From Sphingobacteriales bacterium (GTDB taxonomy: Bacteria; Bacteroidota; Bacteroidia; Chitinophagales; JADIYW01): a DNA stretch of 64,000 nucleotides. Positions 43,420-53,443 of this stretch are shown here, piece by piece. Position 1 is the stretch's first letter. The number at the start of each line of letters is the position of its first letter. A model generated the notes under the pieces. It saw only the letters and a program-made list of their open reading frames with translations. It was not told the DNA's origin and ran no database searches. The position numbers and the translations under genes are program-made. Where the stretch lies: assembly GCA_016699615.1 (NCBI GenBank), contig CP064984.1, forward strand, positions 2,383,855 to 2,447,854, given 5' to 3'.

Positions 43420-44205
43420 TCATTTTTCATGTTTTATATCGAATAGTTTTTCATATTTATTGAATGATATTTCACTTTGGCTAAATGAAAAATACAATAG
43501 TTTACAATTTTCATCATTAGGATTTTTCTCCAAATATACCACCAAAGACTGCTTTAACATTTTAAAAGGTGTTTTATATTTATTCATTTCATTAAATAAA
43601 TTTTTCTTTAAATAATTATCAATATTTTCACTTTCGTGTAAATATTCAAATAATACAGTCATGCCAAAATCTACATTTATAATATCCAGACATAATGCCT
43701 TAAATTTTGGTGAGTATGTGTCGATTTTTTTATTTAATATTCTATTAGTCAATTCAAATATTGCATATGAAGATTTAAATATTTCGCCTTCATCATAAAA
43801 CATTAAGTTGTCATATAAATGTAATATTCTATTGTATTTACTCAGAGCGATTCCATATTGTTTTTCTGAAAGATTATTTATCTTTTCATCCTCTATGATT
43901 TTAAGTTGAATTTCATTAGCTTTTTTTTGTTCCTTAAATGCTATATAAACTAAAAATGCTGAAAAAAATGCTATTATTGGACCAATAATTCCTCCAATTG
44001 TATGACCTATTTCATTTGGATCTAATATTTCTTTTTCGTTATATAGTAATGAAGTTATTATAAATATAGATGCAACTATTATTATAATTAATATAAAAAT
44101 TAGAATAAAGCTATAAAGCAAGTTGTTTGAAACCCATTCTAAAATATGCTTGTCATTTTCTTGTAATTTTTTTTGATATTTATTAATAAATATTTTCATT
44201 TTCAA
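43420..44205 (-). CDS. Hypothetical 2-TM membrane protein, possibly putAbiC-like (abortive-infection family), inserted between sufB and sufC
   Basis: Two N-terminal TM helices flank ..NEIGHTIGGIIGPIIAFFSAFLVYIAFKEQ.., which resembles the G-x-x-GG-x3-P motif I associate with the putAbiC family. The C-terminus is helical. G+C is lower than in the flanking suf genes. The ATG at 44199 is an alternative start. Confidence 0.35.
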   Translation of the reverse strand: MKMKIFINKYQKKLQENDKHILEWVSNNLLYSFILIFILIIIIVASIFIITSLLYNEKEILDPNEIGHTIGGIIGPIIAFFSAFLVYIAFKEQKKANEIQLKIIEDEKINNLSEKQYGIALSKYNRILHLYDNLMFYDEGEIFKSSYAIFELTNRILNKKIDTYSPKFKALCLDIINVDFGMTVLFEYLHESENIDNYLKKNLFNEMNKYKTPFKMLKQSLVVYLEKNPNDENCKLLYFSFSQSEISFNKYEKLFDIKHEK

Positions 44206-44226
44206 ATTATCACATTTACAAATTAA

Positions 44227-45674
44227 TTATCCAACACTACCTTCTAAGCTTATTTCTAATAATTTTCTGGCTTCTACGGCAAATTCCATTGGCAAGTATT
44301 CATTACTTCTTTTACAAATCCATTCACTATCATGGCTACTGCAGTTTCTTGGTCAATTCCTCTCTGTTGAAAGTAGAATAATATGTCTTCGCCTATTTTT
44401 GATGTAGTTGCTTCGTGCTCTACTTTCGCAGATTTGTTACTTACTTCCAAATATGGAAATGTATGTGCGCCACATTGGTTGCCCATTAATAATGAATCGC
44501 ATTGAGAAAAATTGCGTGCATTTTCTGCTTTGCTATGTACTTTTACCAAACCACGATAAGCATTTTGTGATTTTCCTGCAGAAATACCTTTTGATACAAT
44601 TCTGCTTTTAGTGTTTTTGCCAATATGTATCATTTTGGTGCCTGTGTCTGCTTGCTGAAAATTGTTAGTTACAGCAACAGAATAAAATTCTCCAATAGAA
44701 TTATCGCCAGCCAAAATGCAACTCGGATATTTCCAAGTAATAGCAGAACCTGTTTCTACTTGTGTCCATGAAATTTTACTATTATTACCTTTGCAAATTC
44801 CACGTTTAGTTACAAAATTATAAATGCCACCTTTACCATCTTTATCACCTGGATACCAATTTTGTACTGTGCTGTATTTTATTTCTGCATTTTCTAATGC
44901 AATTAATTCAACTACTGCTGCATGCAATTGGTTTTCATCGCGCTGTGGTGCTGTACAACCTTCTAAGTATGATACATATGAACCTTCGTCTGCAATAAGT
45001 AATGTACGCTCAAATTGTCCACTACCAGCTTGGTTTATTCTAAAATAGGTGCTTAGTTCCATTGGACAACGAACACCTTTTTGAATATAACAGAATGAAC
45101 CATCAGAAAATACGGCACTGTTTAATGCAGCATAGTAATTGTCTTTTTGTGAAACAACTGATCCAATATATTTTTGCACCAATTCGCCATGGTCACGTAT
45201 TGCTTCACTCATAGAACAAAATATAATGCCTTTGTCTTTCAATGTTTGTTGGAATGTTGTTTTTACAGAAACAGAATCAAACACAACATCAATTGCTACA
45301 CCAGATAGTCTTTTTTGCTCGTCTAATGATATACCAAGTTTTTCAAATGTTTTTAGTAGCTCTGGATCTACTTCATCTAAACTGTTGAGTTCTTTCTTTG
45401 GTTTTGGTGCAGAATAGTAAATAATATCTTGAAAATTTATTTTTGGAAAATGCACATTTGCCCAAGTTGGCTCAGTCATTTTTTGCCATTGTCTAAATGC
45501 TTTTAAACGCCATTCTAACATCCAGTTTGGTTCTTCTTTTTTTGCAGAAATGAATCTTATGATATCTTCATTTATACCTTTTGGTGTGGTTTCTGCTTCA
45601 ATATTTGTTGTAAAACCGTATTTGTATTCCGAATTTACGACTACATCTAATATTTCATCTTGAGTTTCTTGCAT
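44227..45674 (-). pseudogene. sufB: Fe-S cluster assembly scaffold SufB, with a frameshift about 22 codons from the C-terminus (~44286-44305)
   Basis: Typical SufB throughout. The ORF ends ..[13 protein letters not shown], but the alternate frame gives the canonical tail [22 protein letters not shown] ending at 44227. Confidence 0.9.
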
Positions 45675-45676
45675 AA

Positions 45677-45711
45677 CTAATAATTATTAGCGTATTACCT
45701 AATATTAGGTA
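45677..45711 (-). promoter_or_regulatory. Two adjacent perfect palindromes in the sufB leader: CTAATAATTATTAG (45677-45690) and TACCTAATATTAGGTA (45696-45711); candidate operators
   Basis: Both are exact inverted repeats sharing the half-site CTAATA/TATTAG. They lie between a -7 box and the sufB ATG. Confidence 0.45.
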
Positions 45712-45719
45712 CAAATTTA
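45712..45719 (-). promoter_or_regulatory. Candidate -7 box for the suf operon (TAAATTTG on the minus strand)
   Basis: Matches TAnnTTTG and directly abuts the 16-bp palindrome. Confidence 0.35.
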
Positions 45720-45909
45720 CGAAGATTTATTGTAGAAAAACAGATTAATTTAGATTTAATCTAAATAGTTTCATTTTGTTAATGTTAAATATTAACTGTC
45801 TTTACATTGTACATAGATTTTACTGTTGGATGCATCACTCGTTTTTCTTTGCTGAAATAAATTAACATATTTATTTGCTTTATAATCTAATATTTTATTA
45901 TTATCTTTT

Positions 45910-45917
45910 TATATTTG
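45910..45917 (+). promoter_or_regulatory. Candidate -7 box TATATTTG
   Basis: Matches TAnnTTTG 22 nt upstream of the ATG at 45940. Confidence 0.3.
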
Positions 45918-45939
45918 ATATTTATTTCTATTTTGAATT

Positions 45940-47400
45940 ATGAATGATTTATTTTTTTTAATCCATTCGTTGTCTGCCAATGAAAAAAGATACGTGACTT
46001 TGTATATCAATAGGTTTAGTAATACAAAAAATAATTATTCAAACTTATTCAACACAATTTCAAAAGACATCAATTGTAATGATGATGTAATTATAAAAAA
46101 GCACAGAAAAGATGCATTTATACAAAATTTGTCAGTAACAAAACATTATTTATTTAAGATAATTCTTAATGCAATGTGCGAATATTTCGATGAACAATTT
46201 ATTGATTGGAAGTTAAGGAATCAATTGTCGCATATTTTTGTTTTAACATCAAAAGGATTAGATAAAACAGCACATAAGATGATGCTTAAAACAAAAGAAG
46301 AAGCTGCAAAGTATGAGAATTATTACATCTTGTTGGAGGTAATAAATCATGAACGTTGGTTGTATGGCAATAGAAGAATTATGCAGAAAGATAAGAATTA
46401 TGGCATTCAACTATGCAATGAAGAAAAATCTATATATGATATCTTAAATAAATTACATCAATACAGAGAAATTTGGCATCAGTTAAATAGTGTTGAGCTT
46501 TCGCAACACCAGATGGACAATACTACGTATATTAATAAAATACATGATATAGTCAATGTTGACGCATTAAAGGAAATTCCAACATCTGATTCATTCACAA
46601 TTAAAACTTGGTATTTTTCATGTTTAGCACATTATTATACACTTATTGATGATGCAGAACAACACTTAAAATATTATAAAGAAGTAATACTATTGCGCGA
46701 AAATCAATTTGCATCAAATCCATCAGCTCCAATTGATTTATTTGCGATATTTTATAATTATATGCTAGCATGTTACAAAAGTAAGAATTGGGAAGAGTTG
46801 AAAATTTATTTAGATAAAATATTGCAAGTTGAAGCTAAAACGATTGAAAAAAAGATAAAACTATTCCATGATTATTATCATTGTAAATTATTGTATCTTT
46901 TAGGTACAGAAGAATACATAGATATAGATTTAGTCTTGAATGAAGTAAAAAAAGGTTTGGCGTTATACCAAGAAAGAATAAGAACAGATTTTTTGATTTT
47001 AATTTTGCAATGTTCTGGGTTACTTTGTCTATTTAATAAAAGGTATAAAGAGGCAAATGCATGGTGGCAAAATGTTGTACACATTGAAAAAACAAACATA
47101 GAAATAAAAACACAATGTGCCGTTCATATATATATGCTCATGCTTTCTGTTGATGAGCAGGATTATGATGTATTAGAATATCAAATAAATACAGCAACAA
47201 AATTTTTAAAAGATAATAATCAATACAATAAATCTGAAGAATTATTATTGAAGTCTTTTAAAAAAATATCTAAAAACAAAAACAAACAAAAAGTGTATTT
47301 TTCTGATGTATATCATGAAATATCTAATATAAATAAAGGTAACTTGGTAACCATAATTGATGATTTTATTCTAAAATGGTTGAATCAGAAATTAAACTAA
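45940..47400 (+). CDS. Hypothetical all-alpha (TPR-like) protein, 486 aa
   Basis: Long intact ORF, predicted helical and repeat-like. No motif I can assign. Divergent from the suf operon. Confidence 0.5.
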   Translation: MNDLFFLIHSLSANEKRYVTLYINRFSNTKNNYSNLFNTISKDINCNDDVIIKKHRKDAFIQNLSVTKHYLFKIILNAMCEYFDEQFIDWKLRNQLSHIFVLTSKGLDKTAHKMMLKTKEEAAKYENYYILLEVINHERWLYGNRRIMQKDKNYGIQLCNEEKSIYDILNKLHQYREIWHQLNSVELSQHQMDNTTYINKIHDIVNVDALKEIPTSDSFTIKTWYFSCLAHYYTLIDDAEQHLKYYKEVILLRENQFASNPSAPIDLFAIFYNYMLACYKSKNWEELKIYLDKILQVEAKTIEKKIKLFHDYYHCKLLYLLGTEEYIDIDLVLNEVKKGLALYQERIRTDFLILILQCSGLLCLFNKRYKEANAWWQNVVHIEKTNIEIKTQCAVHIYMLMLSVDEQDYDVLEYQINTATKFLKDNNQYNKSEELLLKSFKKISKNKNKQKVYFSDVYHEISNINKGNLVTIIDDFILKWLNQKLN

Positions 47401-47595
47401 ATCCATTTTTAATTAATTGATTTGTATGTAGTTATGTAGGTTTTTTAAGCTCAGAAATTTAATACACTGAGGTTATTAGCACCAATAATAATAATAATAA
47501 GATATAACTTTGTAATGTGTTGGATGTATTCGCAGCATAAGTAGTAGAAGCATGAAAACTAACTAACTACCTAACTTAAACTACTATTTTAAAGG

Positions 47596-47662
47596 CCGTA
47601 GACTTAACACCTAAAAATTAATGTAATGAGCATTGTTTTTAGTTAGGTCTACGGTTTTTTTT
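47596..47662 (+). terminator. Strong rho-independent terminator (extended ~19-bp interrupted stem + T8)
   Basis: CCGTAGACTTAA..CTAAAAA pairs with TTTTTAG..TTAGGTCTACGG (one G-U, 3-nt bulge), followed by TTTTTTTT. An A-poor 5' flank makes it mainly a + strand terminator. Confidence 0.75.
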
Positions 47663-47671
47663 CAAGATTTA

Positions 47672-48859
47672 TTAATACATTCTGGCTTTATTCTGCTCAT
47701 CTTCTTCAAAAATTTCGTCAGAATAATCTTTAATAGTGTTGTATAATGTGTCTCTTTCTATTGGTTTTCTGCCTACATCTTTGATTAGTTTTACCAACTC
47801 ATAAGTATTCATCGCAGGCTTTTGCTCTTCACTTCCAGCCATCGAATATATTTTTGTAGTATCATCAATAGTACCATCTACATCATCAACACCAAAGTTT
47901 AATGAAAGCTGTGTTGTGTTTCTACCAATCATTGCCCAATAAGACTTTATATGCTCAAAATTATCTAAGTATATTCTAGCAATAGCATAGTTTCTTAAAT
48001 CTTCAACAATACTTACCTCAGGTAGATGTTGCATTTCATTATGTTGGTTCCTAAATTTTAATGGAATAAACGCATTGAAACCACCAGTTTTATCTTGTAG
48101 TTGTCGTAGTCTTTCCATATGGTCAACTCTTTGCTCAAAAGTTTCTATATGACCATACAACATCGTTGCATTACTTGGAATTCCAATACTGTGCGCAGCT
48201 TCATGCACAGCCAACCATTCTTCTGCACTACATTTTCCGCCAGCAATTTCTTCTCTAATTTTTTCATCAAAAATTTCTGCACCACCACCAGGCAAAGAAT
48301 CCAAGCCAGCTTCTTTCATAATTTGTAAACCTTCTTTGTATGTTAGTTTTGCTTTTTTTAATATGTAATGGTATTCTACTGGTGTCAATGCTTTGATATG
48401 CAAATCTGGACGATGTGCTTTAATAGCTTTGAATAATTCTTGATAAAAATTAAAATCTTGCTTTGGCACAACACCACCAGTTATATGCACTTCAGTTACT
48501 GGCTGATTGTCGTATTTTTTTATAATGTTTAATATGTCATCTATCGAATATTCCCAACCTTGTTCTCTGTGTTTTATTAACCTAGAATAAGAGCAAAATT
48601 TGCAAGTATACACGCAAATATTTGTAGGTTCAATATGAAAATTTCTATTGAAATATGTATTGTCACCATGTTTGTAATTTCTAATATAATTGGCTAAAGC
48701 ACCAACAAAACCTAGTGTTGCATGTTTGTATAAATACACACCTTCGTCAAAAGAAATACGTTCTTTATTTAAAACTTTTGATGTAATTATTTGTAAGTTT
48801 TTATCTGAATTATTGAACGCTAAGATTGTTTCAATATTATCTTTTTCCACCATATTCAT
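47672..48859 (-). CDS. Radical-SAM menaquinone (futalosine pathway) enzyme, MqnE/MqnC (CofH-like) family
   Basis: ..HIEPTNICVYTCKFCSYSR.. CxxxCxxC cluster and ..VHITGG.., ..PGGGAEIF.. motifs. I cannot separate MqnE from MqnC by eye. Confidence 0.65.
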   Translation of the reverse strand: MNMVEKDNIETILAFNNSDKNLQIITSKVLNKERISFDEGVYLYKHATLGFVGALANYIRNYKHGDNTYFNRNFHIEPTNICVYTCKFCSYSRLIKHREQGWEYSIDDILNIIKKYDNQPVTEVHITGGVVPKQDFNFYQELFKAIKAHRPDLHIKALTPVEYHYILKKAKLTYKEGLQIMKEAGLDSLPGGGAEIFDEKIREEIAGGKCSAEEWLAVHEAAHSIGIPSNATMLYGHIETFEQRVDHMERLRQLQDKTGGFNAFIPLKFRNQHNEMQHLPEVSIVEDLRNYAIARIYLDNFEHIKSYWAMIGRNTTQLSLNFGVDDVDGTIDDTTKIYSMAGSEEQKPAMNTYELVKLIKDVGRKPIERDTLYNTIKDYSDEIFEEDEQNKARMY

Positions 48860-48959
48860 AATTCAAAATTACTGATATCAAACAATAAAATAAAATTATT
48901 GTTGAGTTAAGGTTTGTATTTCTAGAAAAATAAAATTTTAACTAATGTATTTTTGAGTA

Positions 48960-50149
48960 ATGGAAAATGAAAAGCAGATAATTTATGTACTTACATTTAT
49001 GTGGTTCTGTGCTGTTGTAGACTTTATGCTGATGATGCCATTCGGTGCTGATTTTATGAATATCTATAGCATTCAGCCAAGTCAATTTAGTCTACTCATT
49101 TCTGCATATTCAATTGCTGCTGGTACTTCTGCATTTTTAGCTACATTATATATTGATAGATACGATAGAAAAAAAATATTAATGACTGCATTTTTTCTAT
49201 TTTCATTAGGTAGTATATTTTGCTCATTTGCTGCAAATTTTTATATGATGTTTGTCGCAAGATTCATCACTGGTGCATTTGGTGGAATACTAGGCTGCGT
49301 TACTATTGCTATTATTTCAGATTTAGTACCATTTAGTAGAAGAGGAAAAGCAATGGGCGTACTCAATATGGCTTTTGGTATGGCATCTATTGTAGGCATA
49401 CCGCTAGGTTTATTAATTAGTAAATATTCAGATGTGTTTTTCCCATTTAGAGTTATTGGTGTTCTAGGTTTAATTGTATTCTTTTTGCAAATAGAATTAT
49501 TCCATCATTAGAGAAATACATCAGACAAGAATCTAAAATTAAATTTAATGATATAAAAGATTTAGTATTAGATAAAAATATATTAAATGCATTAGTTTTA
49601 GTCTTCTTTTTAATTGTTGGACATTTTATGTTTATCTCATTTGTTAATCCATATCTAACAGAAAATTTAAAGTTTACTAAGAATGATACTACTTTAATGT
49701 ATGTTGTTGGTGGTTTGTGTGTTGCACTATCATCATCTTATGTTGGTATGCAAATAGACAAGATAGGAAAATATAAATCTTTTGTTATTCTAATCATTTT
49801 GTCATTTATTCCAATTTTGGCAATTGCACATTTACAAAGAGGCAGTTTAGTTTTGTCGCTTGTATTGTGCGCAATGTTGTTTGTATTTAGTTCAGGAAGA
49901 ATGATGGCAGCAATGACTTTATTAACAGGCGCACCAACAGAACAACAAAGGTCAAAGTTTTTAGCAATTCGTTCAGCAATTATTGAGTTTAGCGAAGGTA
50001 TTGCAGTATCTATAGGTGGATTAATTTTATCCAAAAACCAAGTAGACGGCACCATTGAAAATTATTCTATCTTAAGTTATATCACAGTTGTTGTTGGTAT
50101 TCTATGTATATTCTTAGCAAAAAGAGTAAAAATCAGAGAACAAGATTAA
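48960..50149 (+). pseudogene. MFS transporter, split by a frameshift at the T-run ~49482-49486
   Basis: Six TM segments in each half, with ..DRYDRKK.. between TM2 and TM3. The alternate frame bridges the two ORFs (..ANRIIPSLEKYIRQESKIKFNDIKD..GHFMFISF). Confidence 0.75.
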
Positions 50150-50280
50150 ATATAGTACATTTTCTATTCCAAAATTCATCATATAAACATTAACTTCAAA
50201 TTAATATTTATCTTCTTATTTTCGCAACAAGGTAGCAAAGAAAAACTTTCTACTTATTACTAAATACTTAATAATTTTTT

Positions 50281-52025
50281 ATGTATAGATCGCATACTTG
50301 TGGAGAATTACGCATTTCTGATGTTGGCAAAGCAGTCCAATTATCAGGTTGGTTACAAACAACACGTAACTTTGGAGAACTTATCTTTTTAGATTTAAGA
50401 GATAGATATGGCATTACTCAGCTAGTATTCAATCGTGATAATAATCCAATTATTGCTGATAAAATCAAATACCTTGCAAGAGAATTTGTAATTCAAGCAG
50501 AAGGAAAAGTTGTAGAACGTTCTAATAAAAATCCTAAAAATCCTACTGGAGATATCGAAATAATAGTTAATGATTTTAGAATTTTATCTGAGTCTAAAAC
50601 ACCACCATTTACTATAGAAAATGAAACCGATGGTGGCGATGATTTAAGAATGCAATACAGGTATTTAGATTTAAGAAGGGGAGAAGTACAAGAAAAAATT
50701 ATGTTCAGACATAAAGTTGGACATGAAGTGCGTACATACTTAAATGCTAACGGATTTTTAGATATAGAAACACCATTTCTAATAAAATCTACACCAGAAG
50801 GTGCAAGAGATTTCGTGGTGCCAAGTAGGATGAATCCAGGACAATTTTATGCATTACCACAATCACCTCAAACTTTCAAACAATTATTGATGGTTTCAGG
50901 ATTTGATAAGTATTATCAAATTACAAGATGTTTTAGAGACGAAGACTTGCGTGCAGATAGACAACCAGAGTTCACACAAATAGACTGCGAAATGGCATTT
51001 GTAGAGCAAGAAGATATTTTAAATATGTTCGAAGGTTTAATTAAACACGTTTTCAAAACAGTAAAAAATATTGATTTGCCAGAATTCCCACGTATGCAAT
51101 ACGATGATGCTATGAAATTATATGGCAGCGATAAGCCAGATATTCGTTTCGGAATGCAATTCGTAGAAATGAATGACATTGTAAAAGGAAAAGGATTTGG
51201 TGTTTTTGATAATGCAGAATTAGTCATTGGTATTAATGCAGAAAATTGTGCAGAGTTTACACGCAAACAATTAGATGAATTAACAGATTTTGTAAAACGT
51301 CCACAAATTGGAGCAACAGGCTTAATTTATTTAAGATATAATTCTGATGGCACTTTAAAATCTTCAGTAGATAAATTTTATAATGAAGATGAATTGAAAA
51401 AATGGGCAGATGCAGCACAGATGAAACAAGGCGATTTGTTGTTGGTACTATGTGGTAATACAGACAAAGTACGTAAGCAAATGAATGAGTTGCGATTAGA
51501 AATGGGCAACCGTCTTGGATTGAGAGATAAAAACGTATTCAAACCATTGTGGGTATTAGACTTTCCATTGTTAGAATACATAGAAGAAGATAATCGTTGG
51601 TTTGCAATGCACCATCCATTTACATCACCAAAAAAAGAAGACATAGAATTTTTATATACTGATCCAGCTCGTGTGCGTGCAGATGCATATGATTTAGCAA
51701 TTAATGGTGTAGAAGTTGGCGGTGGTTCTATAAGAATTTTCGACAAGCAGCTACAAGCAAAAATGTTTGAACGTTTAGGATTTACAGATGAAGAAGCACA
51801 AAAACAATTTGGCTTCTTAATGAATGCATTTGAATACGGTGCACCACCACATGCGGCTTAGCATTTGGTTTCGATAGATTATGTGCTGTAATGAATGGCG
51901 TAGACTCTATTAGAGATTATATTGCATTTCCAAAAAATAACTCAGGCAGAGATGTAATGTTAGATGCACCAAGCACCATAGACGAAAAACAGATGAAAGA
52001 GCTGAATATAAAGACTATGGTGTAG
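50281..52025 (+). pseudogene. aspS: Aspartate--tRNA ligase, frameshift at ~51853 (GG read as G)
   Basis: Class II motifs (..[18 protein letters not shown]..). The ORF ends ..YGAPPHAA*, while the alternate frame gives the canonical ..[30 protein letters not shown].. Confidence 0.92.
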
Positions 52026-52107
52026 GTAAACAATAATATTTTCATAAAATAATTTGTATTTGATTTATTTTCCAATAGATGTTGCTGAAAGTAATTTTAG
52101 GGAATTT

Positions 52108-52199
52108 TATTTTTAGGATTAAATCCAAAATAATTATGTTTAATTTTGATTGTAATCCAAAATTATTATGTATTTTTAGGATTGAAATCCAAAGTTATG
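52108..52199 (+). repeat. Three tandem ~29-32-nt repeats (TATTTTTAGGATTnAAATCCAAAAnnATTATG); the last supplies the ATPase start codon
   Basis: Copies at about 52108-52138, 52139-52170 and 52171-52199. Each contains a GGATT..AATCC inverted core. Confidence 0.7.
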
Positions 52200-53321
52200 A
52201 TAGTACGCACGCAACTCAAATATGCGCAAGATCGATTATTTAAAGGCAAAGCATTGCTGATTTTTGGTCCAAGACAAGCAGGAAAATCTACTTTCGTAGC
52301 ACAGTTATTGGCTCAGAATAAAAAGAAAAAAGTGTTGCATTTAAATGGCGATGATGACGATACAAGAGAATTGCTTAGAAAACCCAATTCGACCAAACTG
52401 AAAAATATAATAGGAAAGAACGATGTTCTATTTATAGATGAAGCTCAGCGTATCAATGATATTGGAATTGTTGTAAAAATTATTGTTGATCAAATAAAAA
52501 CTGTACAAGTAATTGCAACTGGCTCATCTGCATTTGAATTAGCTAATAAAACCAATGAACCACTAACAGGCAGAAAGTATGAGATGTATTTATTCCCTTT
52601 TTCATTTAATGAATTAGTTGAAGAGTTTGGAATTATAGAAGAAAAACGACAATTAGACCAACGATTAATTTATGGTTCGTATCCTGAAATAGTAGTAAAG
52701 CCTAAGGATGCTGAGGAACATATTAAGCTATTAGCTAGTAGTTATTTATATAAAGATTTATTTAGACTAGAACAATTAGGTAAGCCTGTATTGTTAGAAA
52801 AAATTGTAAAAGCTCTTGCGTTGCAAATTGGAAGTGAAGTGAATTATAATGAATTAAGTCAGTTGGTTGGTGCAGACAACAAAACAATTGAAAAATATAT
52901 AGATTTATTAGAAAAAGCATTTGTGGTTTTCAAATTACCTGCATTGAATAAAAATGTAAGAAATGAAATTAAAAAAGGTAAAAAAATATATTTTTATGAT
53001 AATGGTATTGTAAACGCTATTACTGGAAATTTTTTACCACTACATAGTAGAAATGATGTAGGTGCTTTATGGGAAAACTATGTAATTAGCGAAAGAAAAA
53101 AATATTTATACCAAAAACACTTAGCATACGATACTTTCTTTTGGCGTACCACACAGCAACAAGAGATAGACTATATAGAGAAACATCAAAAAAAGTATCT
53201 TGCTGTTGAAATAAAATGGAACGCAAAGTCTAAACATAAAATTTCTAACACTTTTTTAAATGCCTATCCTTCTGATAATTTGTTGATTACTTCAAATAAT
53301 ATAGAAAATTTCTTGATATAA
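52197..53321 (+). CDS. AAA-family ATPase with C-terminal DUF4143-like domain
   Basis: Walker A GPRQAGKST, Walker B LFIDEAQ. The architecture is typical of the AAA_14 + DUF4143 'ATP-binding protein' family. ATG at 52197 is preferred over the track's TTG at 52146. Confidence 0.75.
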   Translation: MIVRTQLKYAQDRLFKGKALLIFGPRQAGKSTFVAQLLAQNKKKKVLHLNGDDDDTRELLRKPNSTKLKNIIGKNDVLFIDEAQRINDIGIVVKIIVDQIKTVQVIATGSSAFELANKTNEPLTGRKYEMYLFPFSFNELVEEFGIIEEKRQLDQRLIYGSYPEIVVKPKDAEEHIKLLASSYLYKDLFRLEQLGKPVLLEKIVKALALQIGSEVNYNELSQLVGADNKTIEKYIDLLEKAFVVFKLPALNKNVRNEIKKGKKIYFYDNGIVNAITGNFLPLHSRNDVGALWENYVISERKKYLYQKHLAYDTFFWRTTQQQEIDYIEKHQKKYLAVEIKWNAKSKHKISNTFLNAYPSDNLLITSNNIENFLI

Positions 53322-53349
53322 TAGCGTATTAGTGTTATTAATACTAATG

Positions 53350-53443
53350 TTGTCTTTTATGATTTTCCAAAATAAGTATGTTTATTTAGGAATGTAATCC
53401 AAAACTATTATGTTTATTTAGGAATGTAATCCAAAATAATTAT
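53350..53443 (+). repeat. Two to three more copies of the same ~32-nt repeat (TTTATTTAGGAATGTAATCCAAAAnTATTATG) downstream of the ATPase gene, reaching the kdsA stop codon
   Basis: Copies at about 53380-53411 and 53412-53443, plus a degenerate one at 53350-53379. They have the same orientation as the upstream copies. Confidence 0.7.

Noticed and set aside
47484-47500. The (AAT)n microsatellite as a phase-variation tract
   Set aside because: It is short, lies in a non-coding interval, and is not positioned between recognisable promoter elements or inside an ORF.
52108-53443. The 32-nt repeats around the ATPase gene as a CRISPR array or integron attC sites
   Set aside because: The copies are directly adjacent with no spacers, and I recognised no cas or integrase gene. 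The hairpin core is only 5 bp, much shorter than attC structures. They are kept as an unexplained repeat finding instead.
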